Source of the DNA: an uncultured Gemmataceae bacterium
GTDB taxonomy: Bacteria > Planctomycetota > Planctomycetia > Gemmatales > Gemmataceae
Length of the DNA: 64,000 nucleotides
Assembly: GCA_963750165.1 (NCBI GenBank)
Contig: CAVVPN010000010.1
Location: 96,001 to 160,000, forward strand
Reading direction: 5' to 3'
Below are positions 1-10,501 of this stretch, piece by piece. Both the position numbers and the translations under genes were made by a program. Numbering within the stretch: position 1 is the first letter of the stretch; every line of letters begins with the position of its first letter. The notes beneath the pieces were generated by a model. That model did no database searches, was not told where the DNA came from, and saw only the letters and a program-made list of their open reading frames with translations.

Positions 1-29
1 ACCGGCTTCTGGCTCAGGAAATTCAACAT
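1..29 (-). CDS. 5' end of a gene running off the window edge (MLNFLSQKP...)
   Basis: Minus-strand ATG at 29 preceded by a strong GAGGAGGAG Shine-Dalgarno; only 9 codons visible. Confidence 0.45.
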
Positions 30-183
30 GACCGAACTCCTCCTCGGCAGTTCCTGGGAACAAATCATCTACCATCGTACCCCGGGCGGCGGTGGGTGCA
101 ATGGAAATGTTCGCGTTGGTGCATCACTTATCACTGAATCACTGAATCCCACGAACCGAGCGGAATCTGCTAGCCGCGGGTCG

Positions 184-798
184 TCATGGCACAGGCGGTG
201 GGACCGGGGGCGGATGTAGGGCCGTGATCCGCTCGATCAAGCCTTGCCGTGCGCGCAGGCGAGCGCGGAAGCGATAATCCCCCGCCAGCGCGTTGGCAAA
301 GCCAAGTGCCAGCGCGGCCTCCCGATCAAGGAACCCGCGGATTTGCCTGGCTGCCCAGGACACCGCATCGCCGTCTTCGGGACGATAAAACGCGCCCCGC
401 TCGCGGATCGCCTGCCACGCGGAGCGTCCCAACCGTTCATCGTTCTGGGCCAGAAAAAACAGTGGCAGCACGATGTTTTGGAGCACGCCACCAGCTTCCC
501 GCACGTTCTCTTGCAACAACTCTGCCCAGGCGAGTTCAACGATCCCCCAACCGCGCGGTTGTGTCAACATGTCGGGGGTGATGAGAAACACGGCGTGACG
601 ACATGCCAAAATCCCGTCTCGCAGCGCCGCCAGGGAAGTGCGGCCATACGGGTAATCGTGTCGATCCAGCCAGGGAATGATCCCCTGCTGTTGAAGCGTT
701 TCGTACAGCGGATGCACCAACCTGTCCCGGTCTTCACGGCAGTGAGAGAGGAAGACGTGGTATTTACAGATCGGGAAGAACTGGAGCTTCCAGAGCAT
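184..798 (-). CDS. TIR (TIR_2-like) domain protein
   Basis: HVFLSHCRED box 1, WLDRHD, ILACRHAVFLITP, and W-x-x-x-E-L (GWGIVEL) containing the Glu equivalent to the TIR NADase catalytic residue. Confidence 0.85.
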   Translation of the reverse strand: MLWKLQFFPICKYHVFLSHCREDRDRLVHPLYETLQQQGIIPWLDRHDYPYGRTSLAALRDGILACRHAVFLITPDMLTQPRGWGIVELAWAELLQENVREAGGVLQNIVLPLFFLAQNDERLGRSAWQAIRERGAFYRPEDGDAVSWAARQIRGFLDREAALALGFANALAGDYRFRARLRARQGLIERITALHPPPVPPPVP

Positions 799-808
799 GG
801 GCAGCGTC

Positions 809-1144
809 CTAACCGGGAGGGGCCGGCAGCGGCGGCACCTTGACCACCGGCGCCTGCTGGCCGGTGATGATCACGATGAGGCGCTCACCCAGCAGCAGCG
901 GCTGAACAAATATTCCGTTGACGATCTTGACCAGGTGGTGCTGCTCCAACTCCTGACAAGCCTCGATAATCTCCCCCAGGCTGATGCCTTTTTTTTGCTC
1001 CTCAAAGTCCGCGGCCAACGTTTGAAACGCCAGTGCCTGGCCCTGCCGCCGGTGTGGTTCGATCCGCGGGAAAGCGGCCAGGATTTCACGGTAGATGGGC
1101 GGAAGAGTATCCGCGTAGGACTGCAATTGTTCCTCAGTCGCCAT
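809..1144 (-). CDS. Small hypothetical protein (111 aa), probable winged-helix fold
   Basis: ATG at 1144 (MATEEQL) with AAGGAGAGG RBS; pattern ISLGEIIEACQELEQHHLVKI...VQPLLLGERL resembles a wHTH recognition helix and wing; stop 10 nt before the TIR start. Confidence 0.65.
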   Translation of the reverse strand: MATEEQLQSYADTLPPIYREILAAFPRIEPHRRQGQALAFQTLAADFEEQKKGISLGEIIEACQELEQHHLVKIVNGIFVQPLLLGERLIVIITGQQAPVVKVPPLPAPPG

Positions 1145-1343
1145 GACACCTCTCCTTGACTGATCGATCGAACCGCTTCCCCCGCGCTGGGGGCATGGGT
1201 GGCGAGCATCCCACGTTGGCATGGTAATCCTCCCCGCCCCCTTCACCAAGGGATTTTGAAAAAAACCGTTGCCCGCCCGCCCGTCTCCTGGTGTACTCAT
1301 CTCAGCGCTCCGCGCGAACCGCGTGACCTTCAGGAACCATCCC

Positions 1344-2388
1344 ATGCGCTTTGGCCTGTACGCCGAGATGCAGACGCCGCCGGGCCGGTCGCACGTCGAG
1401 ACCTACCGCGACCTGCTGCGGCAGATGGAGCACGCCGACCAGGTTGGCTTCGACGTGTATTCCGTCATCGAGCATCACTTTTTCCAGGAATTCAGCATCA
1501 GTGCCAACCCGCTGGCACTGATCGCTGCCGCCGCCCAGCGGACGCAACGGCTGCGCTTCCGTGTGGCGCTGCACACGCTACCGCTGTCCAACCCGATGCG
1601 CCTGGCGGGTGAGATCGCGGCGGCGGACATCCTGACGGGGGGCCGGCTGGAGACCGGCCTGGGTCGCGGCCACGCCTGGTTGTTCGAGCGCAGCGGCGTC
1701 GATCTGGCCGAGAGCCGCGGCCGCTTCGAGGAGGCAGTCGAAATCCTCCTGCGCGCCTGGACCGAGGACACGTTCAGTTTCGAGGGCCGTTTCTACCGCT
1801 TCAAGGATCTGAGCGTGGTGCCGAAACCGCTGCAAAAGCCGCACCCGCCGCTGTATACGGGCGGCACCAGTCTGGCCACGTATGAGATGGCCGGCACGCG
1901 CGGCTGGGGCATGTTCCTGCCCCCGTTGTTGCCGTTCAAGGCGATGGTGCCGTGCATCAACGCCTACCTCACCGCGGCGGAGCGGGCCGGCAACCGGCCG
2001 GAGATTGTCTACCTCCGCCCCGTGTACCTCGGCGACGACCCGAACACCATCGAGCACGAGGTCAAGGACGCCCTGCACGGCTTTCTGGCCTGCAACGCCA
2101 GCCCGGTCAAGGGCCTGCCGCCGCGGGAGGAGCTGAACGCCAAGGGCTACGGCTTCTACGCCAGCGGCGCTCTGGAGTCGCTGACGAAACTCAGTTACCG
2201 TGACATCGTGGAACAGGAGATCGGTTTCATCGGCACACCGGAGCAGGTGATTGGCCAGATTCGCCGGCTGCGCGCAGGCGCCGATCACGGAGCTGGCCAT
2301 CCTCACCAACTTCGGCGGCCTGGAACACTGGAAGGTCATCAAGACGCAGGAATTGTTCGCCCAGCACGTGATGCCGGCGTTTCGGTAA
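1344..2388 (+). CDS. LLM-class (luciferase-like) flavin-dependent monooxygenase, frameshifted near 2274
   Basis: MRFGLY..., EHHF, P.RLAGEIAAADILTGGRLETGLGRG, PKPLQKPHPP motifs; the typical C-terminus (ELFAQHVMPAFR*) continues in another frame to TAA at 2386-2388. Confidence 0.85.
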
Positions 2389-2405
2389 CCCCTGGAGCAA
2401 CCCGC

Positions 2406-2843
2406 ATGGCGACCCTCGACCTGGAACAAATCTGGGCCGACCATCTGGCCGGCGAGTTCACCATCAAGGACGTGGAGCACACCCTCGGCACGATGGTGGA
2501 GGACGCCTCCGTCAACCACATGCCGGTCAACACGGGCGGCCGCGGCAAGGCCCAGCTGCGCCGCTTCTACCAGGAGGACTTCATCCCCTCCTGGCCCGAC
2601 GATCTACAAATGACGCTCACCAACCGCGTCCTCGGAGCGTCCCAACTGGTCGAGGAACTGCACCTGCGCTTCACGCACAGCAAGCCGATGCCGTGGTTTC
2701 TGCCGGGCGTGCCGCCGACGGGCCAGGTCGTGGACATCGACCTGGTTGTGGTCGTGCAGTTCCGCGGCGACAAGCTGGCCTGCGAGCGCATCTACTGGGA
2801 CCACGCGTCGGTGTTGCGGCAGGTCGGACTGCTGAAGGACTGA
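2406..2843 (+). CDS. SnoaL/NTF2-like (ester cyclase family) protein
   Basis: Own ATG with GGAG RBS; VNHMP...GGRG, FTHSKPMPWFLPGVPPTG, ERIYWDHASVLRQVGLL are typical of this family. Confidence 0.8.
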   Translation: MATLDLEQIWADHLAGEFTIKDVEHTLGTMVEDASVNHMPVNTGGRGKAQLRRFYQEDFIPSWPDDLQMTLTNRVLGASQLVEELHLRFTHSKPMPWFLPGVPPTGQVVDIDLVVVVQFRGDKLACERIYWDHASVLRQVGLLKD

Positions 2844-2862
2844 CCAGCTGGGATGGTGCTGG

Positions 2863-3531
2863 TTATTTTTTCTGGCCGGCGCGCTCGATGAGGCGCTGTA
2901 CATTGTCAAGCATCTTGTTCAGGTTGTCGCGAACCTCCGCCCAGTTGTCCGCCGTCGCCGCGTCCACGCGGGCCAGCTGCTCGCGCAGCGCCGCGCACTG
3001 CTGGCCCAGCTCCGCCAGATTCTGGGCGAGCTGCTGCTTCTCCGCGCCGTCGGCCTTGTCGGTCTTTGCCTTCAGCACGGCGATGCGCTCGTCCGCGTCG
3101 AGGAGCATGGCCTGAACGTTCTTCTTGTACTCGTCGCGCTGCTTGAGCGCCGCCGACCGGGCGAACGTCATGGCGAGGTTGATGCCCTGCTTGAGCTTGC
3201 CCAGCGTGAAGGCCGGCTCGGTCAGCGACAGCAGCCGGTTGCTGCCGTCCTTGACGTAAAAAGTCACGCGGACGCGCTTGCCTTCCTTGAGGTTGGCCAG
3301 CTTGCCCTCGGTTTGCGGGAACTCAATGCGCGAACGGTCGTCGAGGGTCACCCTGAGGAATTCGCCCTTGCGGACGCGCAGGACAATCTGCTTTTCCAGC
3401 GGCCGGACCTCGGTAATGAACCCCGTGGCCGTCAGGAAGGGGGCGTCCTGCTGCGGACCGGGCTGGCCTTCGGCGCGGACCCACGCCAGGGCAAGGACCA
3501 GGGCGAGGGAAAGGGGAAGCGTGTATTTCAT
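2863..3531 (-). CDS. Secreted hypothetical protein (OB-fold-like N-part, helical coiled-coil C-part)
   Basis: Signal peptide [30 protein letters not shown]3-biased codons. Confidence 0.7.
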   Translation of the reverse strand: MKYTLPLSLALVLALAWVRAEGQPGPQQDAPFLTATGFITEVRPLEKQIVLRVRKGEFLRVTLDDRSRIEFPQTEGKLANLKEGKRVRVTFYVKDGSNRLLSLTEPAFTLGKLKQGINLAMTFARSAALKQRDEYKKNVQAMLLDADERIAVLKAKTDKADGAEKQQLAQNLAELGQQCAALREQLARVDAATADNWAEVRDNLNKMLDNVQRLIERAGQKK

Positions 3532-3629
3532 GCGTCAGCCTCCGTGTGAGAATACGCCGGCCCTCGGGCCGGCGGGCGCATACGTTGAACGGCGTGGATG
3601 GCGACACCTCCAGGATAAAGGCGACAACC

Positions 3630-4388
3630 ATGACGGGCAACGGCAAGACGGCACTGGTCACGGGCGCGGGCTCCGGCATCGGCCGGGCGGCGGCGCAGGC
3701 CCTGTTGCGCGAGGGCTATTCCGTGGTACTCGCCGGGCGACGGCCCGAAGCGCTGGCGCAAGCCGTGGCGGCGGCGGGGCCGGACACGGCGCGGGCGCTG
3801 GCCGTGCCCGCTGACGTGAGCGACCCAGCGGCCGTGACCATGCTCTTCGAGAAGACGCGCGCGGCGTTTGGCCGACTCGATGTGCTGTTCAACAACGCCG
3901 GCACCGGAGCACCGCCAGTGCCGCTGGAAGAGCTGACGGTCGAGCAGTGGCGGCGGGTCGTTGACGTGAACCTGACGGGCGTGTTCCTGTGTACGCAGGC
4001 GGCCTTCCGGCTGATGAAGGCGCAGACGCCGCGCGGCGGCCGCATCATCAACAACGGCTCGATCTCAGCACATGCGCCGCGGCCGCACTCCGCGCCCTAC
4101 ACCGCCACCAAGCACGCCGTCACCGGGCTGACGAAGGCGACTGCCCTGGACGGCCGGGCGTATGACATCGCCTGCGGTCAGATCGACATCGGCAACGCCG
4201 CCACCGAGATGACGGCACGCATGAAGGACGGCGTGCTGCAGGCCAGCGGCGAACGCACTCCGGAGCCGACGATGGCTGTGGAAAACGTCGCCCGGGCGGT
4301 GGTGTACATGGCGAGCCTGCCGCTCGACGCGAATGTGCTGTTCCTGACCGTGATGGCGACGAAGATGCCATTCGTGGGCCGCGGCTGA
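3630..4388 (+). CDS. SDR family oxidoreductase
   Basis: [14 protein letters not shown] and YTATK motifs. Confidence 0.92.
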   Translation: MTGNGKTALVTGAGSGIGRAAAQALLREGYSVVLAGRRPEALAQAVAAAGPDTARALAVPADVSDPAAVTMLFEKTRAAFGRLDVLFNNAGTGAPPVPLEELTVEQWRRVVDVNLTGVFLCTQAAFRLMKAQTPRGGRIINNGSISAHAPRPHSAPYTATKHAVTGLTKATALDGRAYDIACGQIDIGNAATEMTARMKDGVLQASGERTPEPTMAVENVARAVVYMASLPLDANVLFLTVMATKMPFVGRG

Positions 4389-4412
4389 TCCCGTTTACGT
4401 TTCGCATTGCCC

Positions 4413-4442
4413 TTGACGCTGTCGGCGCGGCCACCTTACATT
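4413..4442 (+). promoter_or_regulatory. Putative sigma70 promoter
   Basis: TTGACG-18 nt-TACATT, about 50 nt upstream of ATG 4492. Confidence 0.4.
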
Positions 4443-4491
4443 CACAGGACGGGTCTTGCTTCTCCCCCATTCCTCAACCGGTAGACCAACC

Positions 4492-5477
4492 ATGACCGCG
4501 CGCCGCTGGTTCGGTTGCCTGGCCCTCCTGGCCGGGCTGACGGTTTGTTGCTCGACGCCCACCGCCCGGCGCAGGACGGTCAGCCGCTGCGCTGGAAAGC
4601 CTTCGACGAAGGCGCCAAACCTTTCTACCAAATCCTCCAGACCAAAACGGTCCAGCAGATGAAGGTGATGGGCCAGGATGTCAACCAGGAACAACTCCAG
4701 ACCTTCTACGTCAAGTGGACGCCCGCCGCCAAAAAGCTGCGCCTCAACGGCAGAGACCACTGGGTGGTCGCCTACCAGATCATCGGCGTGAAAATGGACA
4801 TCACCATCGGCGGCAACAAGATTACGTACGACTCCACCGACCCGAATCAGGCCCAGGCCCCGTTGAACGATTTCTTCAACGCCCTGGTCGGGAGCGAACT
4901 CACGTTCTACATCACCGAGGACTTCCGGGTCGCCCGTATTGACAAGGTGGACGAGTTCGTCAAAAAGGTGGGCAAGGCCAACCCGCAAATGGAAGCCCTG
5001 CTCAAGAGCATCCTCAGCGAGAACGCTCTCAAACAGTCGGCCGAAACCATCTTCACCGCCTACCCCCCAAAAGGGGACTTCCAGCCCCAGAAGCAGTGGC
5101 AAAAAACCCAGGAACAGGACTTCGGCCCGGTCGGCGTCTATCACCACAAAAACACCTATACCTGCGAAGCGAACCCCCTCAAAATCCGCATCCGTACCAC
5201 CCTGGAATACAAGCAGCCCACCAGGGCGGACGGGGCGCTGCCGTTCAAGATCGTCAAGGCCAAGCTGACCGGCAACACGGCCAAGGAGGGCGAAGCGGTG
5301 TTCGACCGCGTCAAGGGCCGGTTCGCGACCTCGACTTTGCAGGTTCGGGTGGAAGGGGAACTCACCATCGAGATCGGCGGCATGGAAACTACGGTGCAAC
5401 TGACGCAAACGCAGGAATCGCGGATGCACACCCAGGACGCGGACCCGGTGGCCGAACTCAAGAAGAAGCGGCAGTGA
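4492..5477 (+). CDS. Secreted planctomycete protein (DUF6263-like), frameshifted near 4570
   Basis: Signal peptide MTARRWFGCLALLAGL...TARA-Q in one frame joins the long beta-rich ORF (QDGQPLRWKAF...) if one base is added. Confidence 0.7.
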
Positions 5478-5480
5478 TCT

Positions 5481-5554
5481 TCGGAGCCCGAGCGCCTCCT
5501 GGTCGGAGCCCGCGCTGGCGCTCGGGCTCCGACCAGGAGGCGCTCGGGCTCTGA
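5481..5554. repeat. Nested palindromic REP-like element (32-bp arms)
   Basis: TCGGAGCCCGAGCGCCTCCTGGTCGGAGCCCG / CGGGCTCCGACCAGGAGGCGCTCGGGCTCTGA, one mismatch; related half-unit at 25977-26002. Confidence 0.85.
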
Positions 5555-5577
5555 CCAAACGTGTCGAAAGCCCTGCC

Positions 5578-6216
5578 ATGTCCGCACTCCAGCACCTGAA
5601 CCTCATCCACTTCCTGGATTTTTACCTGGTCTTTTTCTTCGTGCTCAGCACCGCCCGCTACTTCAAGCTGTACTGGGCCATCTGCCGCATCGCCTTCAGT
5701 GTGCCGGGCCGCTGGCCCAAACTGCTCGAACTCATCCGGGAGCACAGCACCATTCTGATGAGTTGGTCCACGCTGCTGCCGGGCGCGCTGGCGCTGCTGC
5801 TGTCGCTGATGCAGGTGGTCGCCTCGCGCGTCGTCTGGACGAACGCCGACCTGACCGCCGGCGACCTGGCGGCGCACTGGGCGTTCCTGTTCCTGATCGT
5901 GCCGGCGGCGCTGGTCATGTTCGCGGTGGACGTGTACAGCGTGGTGCTGCCGATGCCGCTGGACCGGCCGGCCATCGAGCAGTCGTTCGACCAGGCAGAG
6001 TACTGGCTGAACTCGCGGACGGCTCACGTGGTGCGCTGGTTCACGCTCGGCTACATCAACCCGCGTCGCAAGGTGGCCGCCGAGGTCCGCAAGGCCCTGA
6101 GCGCGGCCAGCGGCTACCTCAACCTGGCCCTGTGGGGCTGGTCGGTGCAGGTGGCGGCGCGCGTCGTCTGCGGCCTGAGCATCTGGCTGGCGTGGTGGTG
6201 GATCACCGGCGGCTGA
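5578..6216 (+). CDS. Hypothetical integral membrane protein
   Basis: About four hydrophobic segments, typical codon bias. Confidence 0.75.
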   Translation: MSALQHLNLIHFLDFYLVFFFVLSTARYFKLYWAICRIAFSVPGRWPKLLELIREHSTILMSWSTLLPGALALLLSLMQVVASRVVWTNADLTAGDLAAHWAFLFLIVPAALVMFAVDVYSVVLPMPLDRPAIEQSFDQAEYWLNSRTAHVVRWFTLGYINPRRKVAAEVRKALSAASGYLNLALWGWSVQVAARVVCGLSIWLAWWWITGG

Positions 6217-6231
6217 GAGGAATTGCCCGAT

Positions 6232-6337
6232 TTATTCACCGCAGAGAACGCGGAGAGCGCAGAGAAAAGACCAAGAATGAACAATTCAACACTCTTTGCC
6301 TTTTCTCTGCGCTCTCCGCGGTCTCCACGGTGAATAA
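6232..6337. repeat. Palindromic element with 9-mer periodic arms (CGCAGAGAA/CGCGGAGAG family), copy 1
   Basis: TTCACCGCAGAGAACGCGGAGAGCGCAGAGAAAAG ... CTTTTCTCTGCGCTCTCCGCGGTCTCCACGGTGAA around an AT-rich spacer, between convergent genes. Confidence 0.85.
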
Positions 6338-6343
6338 TTCAGG

Positions 6344-7387
6344 CTAGCGCGCGCCCAGCAGTTCGGGCACCAGTTTCTCCAGTTTGCCGCGACCGTTGAG
6401 GGTGTGCAGGCGGCCCTGGCGGTCGAGGACGAACACCGCCGGAATGCCCTCCACGCCCCACTGCTCGGCCAGGCCGCGCGCGTCCGGCCCAACCGCTTGT
6501 GGCCAGCGCAGGGCCTGGGCCTTGACGTACTTCGTCAACTCGTCCTCGTCGCGGTCCAGACTGACACCGATGATCTCCAGCCCCTTCGCCTGGTATTTCT
6601 CGTAGAGCGCCTTCAACTTCGGCATCTCCGCCCGGCAGGGCGCGCACCATGTCGCCCAGAAGTCCAGCACCACCACCTTGCCGCGCAGGTTCTGGATGCT
6701 CAGCTTCCTGTCCGCACCGACCGGCGTGAACGCGAAGGTGAACTCCTTGCCGATGAACTGCTCGCGCTCAGCAACCCGGGCCAGCGCGTGAGTCGGCTGG
6801 TTTTTGGCCACCAGGTCAAGGATCAGGCGGCGCGTTTTGGCGTCGTCGGCGGCGTCGGCCAGCTGAACTACTTGCGCCGCCAGGTTGGCGGCCGGCCGGT
6901 ACTTTGGGTAGGTGGTCAGGAGTCCCTCAACGCGCGCGCGGATGGTGCTGGCGTTCTGATAATAGGTGTTCTTGATGTGTTCCTCGTCCCGGAGTCCCTT
7001 GAACATGTCCTGGAGTTCGCGCAGCGCCAGGAACAGGTCGCCCTGGGCGGCAAAGTCGGAGCCCTTCGGCGCCCGGTCGCGCAGATTCCGGGCCACCTCG
7101 GCGGCGCCGTCAGCCGGCTCGCGGGTCAGTGTCATGGCCTTGAGGGCCTGGGCGCGGGCCTCGTTGAGCAGCGGACTCTGCGGGTAGTTTGACTCGAACT
7201 CTTTCAACAGTTCCCGGGCCTGCTCGGCGCGCTTCTTTCTGGCGGCCTCGTCCGACTTCTCGGTTTTGCTGTTGGGCGGGTCGGTGAGCTTGTTCAGTTC
7301 GGTCAACAGCTGCTGATCGCTACGCTGGTTGCAGCCGGTGACCAGCGCGGCCGCGGCGCACAGGGCGAGGAGCACCCGGAATTTCAT
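6344..7387 (-). CDS. TlpA/ResA-family thiol-disulfide oxidoreductase lipoprotein
   Basis: Lipobox LVTGC; GKVVVLDFWATWCAPC; GIPAVFVLDRQG. Confidence 0.9.
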   Translation of the reverse strand: MKFRVLLALCAAAALVTGCNQRSDQQLLTELNKLTDPPNSKTEKSDEAARKKRAEQARELLKEFESNYPQSPLLNEARAQALKAMTLTREPADGAAEVARNLRDRAPKGSDFAAQGDLFLALRELQDMFKGLRDEEHIKNTYYQNASTIRARVEGLLTTYPKYRPAANLAAQVVQLADAADDAKTRRLILDLVAKNQPTHALARVAEREQFIGKEFTFAFTPVGADRKLSIQNLRGKVVVLDFWATWCAPCRAEMPKLKALYEKYQAKGLEIIGVSLDRDEDELTKYVKAQALRWPQAVGPDARGLAEQWGVEGIPAVFVLDRQGRLHTLNGRGKLEKLVPELLGAR

Positions 7388-7416
7388 GGCACGACTCCCG
7401 CAGTGCGGCACGCAGG

Positions 7417-7463
7417 AAAAGGCCCCGGCGGGCGCGGGGAACACCCTTGCGCCCGCCGGGGCT
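7417..7463 (-). terminator. Rho-independent terminator after the 7497-8255 gene
   Basis: GC stem GCCCCGGCGGGCGC / GCGCCCGCCGGGGC followed by TTTT on the minus strand. Confidence 0.6.
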
Positions 7464-7496
7464 GACGACTGCGCTGCCGCGACCGCGTCGTCGCCC

Positions 7497-8255
7497 TCAA
7501 TGCTGATAATACCAGGACATGCCCGACAATTCAGGCTGGGCGGCCTGCATAAACTCGCGAGCCACCGCCAGGCGGTTGCCGCCGTCGGCGTTGAAGCGGG
7601 TCAACCAGCCCTGGACCTCCTGGGGGTTGGGCGTGCGGCCGAGCACTGTTTGGTACAGGCCGGTGACGAACCCGGGCGGGGTGCCGCCGCGCTCCGTCCA
7701 GAATTCGGGGCTGGCGAGCATGGCCGCCTGCACGTCTCCCTCGGAGGCGCCGTTGCGCAGCTGGTTGACCCAGTTGGCCATGCCGGCGGCGTCCGGGTAG
7801 CGACCCAGAAAGCGATTGTACCAGCTGGCCACCAGTTCCACGTAGGGGTCGCCCGAGCCCTGCACCGGCTTTGATTGGAACTGAATGCCCCAGGGCTGAT
7901 ACGGGATCGCCGACGTGGTCAGAGCGCCGGTGCGCGTGCGGATGGCGCGAATGGCTTCCCGGGCCTCGCGGCGGACGTGCTGGTCCGGATCCTGGATGGC
8001 GGCCCGTGCCAGCGCCGGAATGGCGCTCGCATTACCGCTCTGACCGAGCTGCCGCGCGGCCTGGGCACGGTCGCCGTCGCGGCGGTCGGTCAGCAGCTCG
8101 TTAATCAGACGGTTGTTGCCGATCAGCGGCGGCGCCGACAGTGGGTAATTGTTATAGGTCAATTGGGCCCCGGCTGGGCCGGCGGTCAGCGCCAGCGCTG
8201 CGACGGCCAGCAGGCCGGCGCTGGTTGATCGCAGCCAGGTGGCGGTGTTGCGCAT
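7497..8255 (-). CDS. Secreted HEAT-repeat + DUF4214-like domain protein
   Basis: Signal peptide; AARQLG...AIPALARA..DPDQHVRREA (HEAT); YNRFLGRYPDAAGMANW and LYQTVLGRTP (DUF4214-like repeat). Confidence 0.75.
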   Translation of the reverse strand: MRNTATWLRSTSAGLLAVAALALTAGPAGAQLTYNNYPLSAPPLIGNNRLINELLTDRRDGDRAQAARQLGQSGNASAIPALARAAIQDPDQHVRREAREAIRAIRTRTGALTTSAIPYQPWGIQFQSKPVQGSGDPYVELVASWYNRFLGRYPDAAGMANWVNQLRNGASEGDVQAAMLASPEFWTERGGTPPGFVTGLYQTVLGRTPNPQEVQGWLTRFNADGGNRLAVAREFMQAAQPELSGMSWYYQH

Positions 8256-8338
8256 GGGTCACACTCCCTTCTTGTGGTGAACCAGGGCGAACCGTTTGGG
8301 TTCTTGAGAAGAAGGGTGCAATCCGTGTGCCGCCTGCA

Positions 8339-10252
8339 CTACGGGCCCACGTCCACCACCGCGAAGGCATCCGCCACGTCCGGCTGGTTGCCAACCGCCG
8401 ACCGCAGGATGAAGACGTGCCTGCCAACCCCGAGGTTGGCGGGAACCTGGAACGAGAACGCCCGCCGAGCGGTGGCCTCAGCCCCCACGTCCACGTTCCA
8501 GGACTGGTCCTTCATCAGCCCCCGGCCCTCCAGGGTGACGGTGACACGCTCCTTAACCTTCATGGGGTTCTCAACCACCAGGGCCCAGTCCAGGGTGGCC
8601 CCGGCCTTCGCCTTCTGCACCAGCGGTTCGGCGTGGACGCGGTGCGGGTTCCAGTCCTTCAGATGGTTGCCGGACACGCAGACGGCGTCCGCCGCCGTGG
8701 CCGACACCTTGCCCCACTGCACGCGACGGCGAAAATCCTCGGCGTCAAACTCGAACGGGCCGCCGTGCTCGGCCAGCACCCAGTCCGGCCGGGCGTCGAG
8801 CACCTTCTGCGCCGACGCCGCGTAGCTCAGCGGCCAGCTGCGGTTCAGGCCCATCCAGCCGCCGCTGCCGCTGTACTGGTCCTGGTGGAACCAGTTGTCC
8901 GCGGTGAAGTAGCAGCGCTTGCCGTCGATCACCGTCTCGACGCCCGAGGTGAACTCGCTCTGGCCGGGTAGGTGATGGAAGCGGAAACGGTACTCGCGCC
9001 AGGTGAGCGTGTCGCCGGCCTTTGGCGTGCGGTCGAACTTGACCGGCCGCGCGTCGAGGAACGGCGCCCGCAGTCGATACGGCTCCGCGATCGGCCCGGC
9101 GACGCGGTCCAGCGCCCAGATTTCAAACCTGTCGCGGCCGGGCAGGTCGTAAACACCGTCGTAGTGGTCATAGTGGGCGTGGCTGAACATCACCACTTCC
9201 AGCGGCCCGAGCTGCTGGTCCTTTTGCAGTTTGAGCACCTGGTCGGCGCTGCGCTTCGCCCACGGATCGACGACCAGGAACGCCTTCTGCTCCTTCGACA
9301 CGAGCACATAGGTGTTGCCGGTCAGCCACAGGCTCGGCGACACGCGCGTCCACGGCTTCGCGCCGTTCGACCCCGCCTGCTCCTTCGCCAGGAATTGATA
9401 CTGCGGCGCGTTGCCGAGCCGCTGTTTGGTGTAGCGCTCGAAGCTCTTCAGGAACGCCACCTCCTCGACGGCCACGGCGGTCTTCGTCAGCGCCGCGACG
9501 GGGTTCTTGTCGATGACGGGGCCGTGGGCCGGCAGCAGCAGCGCCGGCTTCAGGTCCGCCAGCTGCCGCAGCGATTGGGCGGTCGGCACCAGGCCGGCGT
9601 CGGTCCAGTGGTCCCAGTCGGTGGTGTACGGTGACCACAGCTTGCTGGGCCCCGCCAGCGCGTCGCCGCAGCAGACCAGCCACGGGTCGCCGGCCTGCTT
9701 GCGCAGCGCGAAGGCGAGGTGGTCGCGGGAGTGGCCGGGGGTGGCCACGACCTTCACGGTCCAGCCGCGCCAGGTGATGGTTTGGCCGTCGTCCAGGCTG
9801 CAATCGATCCCCTTGAGGCCGACCGGCAGCACAAGGTAAGCGGTGCGCGAGTTACGCAACGGCAGCGATTCCTGCCAGTATTTGCGGACACCCTCCGGCG
9901 TCAGCCACTCCGCCGCGGCCTTCGCCGCCCGCACCGGCACAGCGTCCGCCAGGAATTTCGCCACCGGGGCCGCGGCGCAGGTGTCGCGGTGATGGTGCGT
10001 CAGCAGTACCAGTTCGACTTTCTTGACGCCGTGCGCCGCCAGGCCGTCGGGGCTGCGCGGCGCGTCGATGAGCAGCGCCCGGTCGCCGTCGAGCAGAGCG
10101 TAGCCGGCCGGCAGCTGGGCGGAGCGCAACAGCCCTGGCGCGACCTCGACCCAGCCGGCCGCGGGCTGCGGCTGCTCGCCGCGGCGGCCGAACCAGGCGG
10201 CGCCGCCCACGAGGGCCAGACAGAGGATGCCAGCGAACCAACGGTGGCTCAT
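8339..10252 (-). CDS. Exported MBL-fold metallo-hydrolase with two tandem MBL domains
   Basis: THHHRDT...TPGHSRDH...PAHG and SHAHYDH...PGQS...AEHG motif sets. Confidence 0.85.
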   Translation of the reverse strand: MSHRWFAGILCLALVGGAAWFGRRGEQPQPAAGWVEVAPGLLRSAQLPAGYALLDGDRALLIDAPRSPDGLAAHGVKKVELVLLTHHHRDTCAAAPVAKFLADAVPVRAAKAAAEWLTPEGVRKYWQESLPLRNSRTAYLVLPVGLKGIDCSLDDGQTITWRGWTVKVVATPGHSRDHLAFALRKQAGDPWLVCCGDALAGPSKLWSPYTTDWDHWTDAGLVPTAQSLRQLADLKPALLLPAHGPVIDKNPVAALTKTAVAVEEVAFLKSFERYTKQRLGNAPQYQFLAKEQAGSNGAKPWTRVSPSLWLTGNTYVLVSKEQKAFLVVDPWAKRSADQVLKLQKDQQLGPLEVVMFSHAHYDHYDGVYDLPGRDRFEIWALDRVAGPIAEPYRLRAPFLDARPVKFDRTPKAGDTLTWREYRFRFHHLPGQSEFTSGVETVIDGKRCYFTADNWFHQDQYSGSGGWMGLNRSWPLSYAASAQKVLDARPDWVLAEHGGPFEFDAEDFRRRVQWGKVSATAADAVCVSGNHLKDWNPHRVHAEPLVQKAKAGATLDWALVVENPMKVKERVTVTLEGRGLMKDQSWNVDVGAEATARRAFSFQVPANLGVGRHVFILRSAVGNQPDVADAFAVVDVGP

Positions 10253-10501
10253 GGTCGTTGCTCCCTTCGATCAAAAGATGGGCGGTGCCCCTCCGGATTA
10301 TCTTAATCCAGATTCCTCCGTCCGCCTCTTTGAATCCCCAGGACCGTTCGCTTCCTGCCTCCGGGAGGGAACTCCCCACCAGGGGTAGCGAGCAAAAAGC
10401 GAACAACCCTGTCTGAATCTCCTGATTTGCTTGCCGGAGGGTGCTGCGCGGTAAAAGGGGCAAGGCATCCGCCCCATTGATACCGTACCAGGAGATGACT
10501 G

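Noticed and set aside
184..798. Thoeris or CBASS assignment for the TIR gene
   Set aside because: No ThsA (SIR2/Macro/SLOG) or cyclase is visible in the window; the gene beyond the left edge cannot be read
1269..2843. Apparent 524-aa LLM-SnoaL fusion in the ORF track
   Set aside because: Artefact of the frameshift near 2274; the true LLM C-terminus and stop (2388) and a separate RBS/ATG (2406) are present
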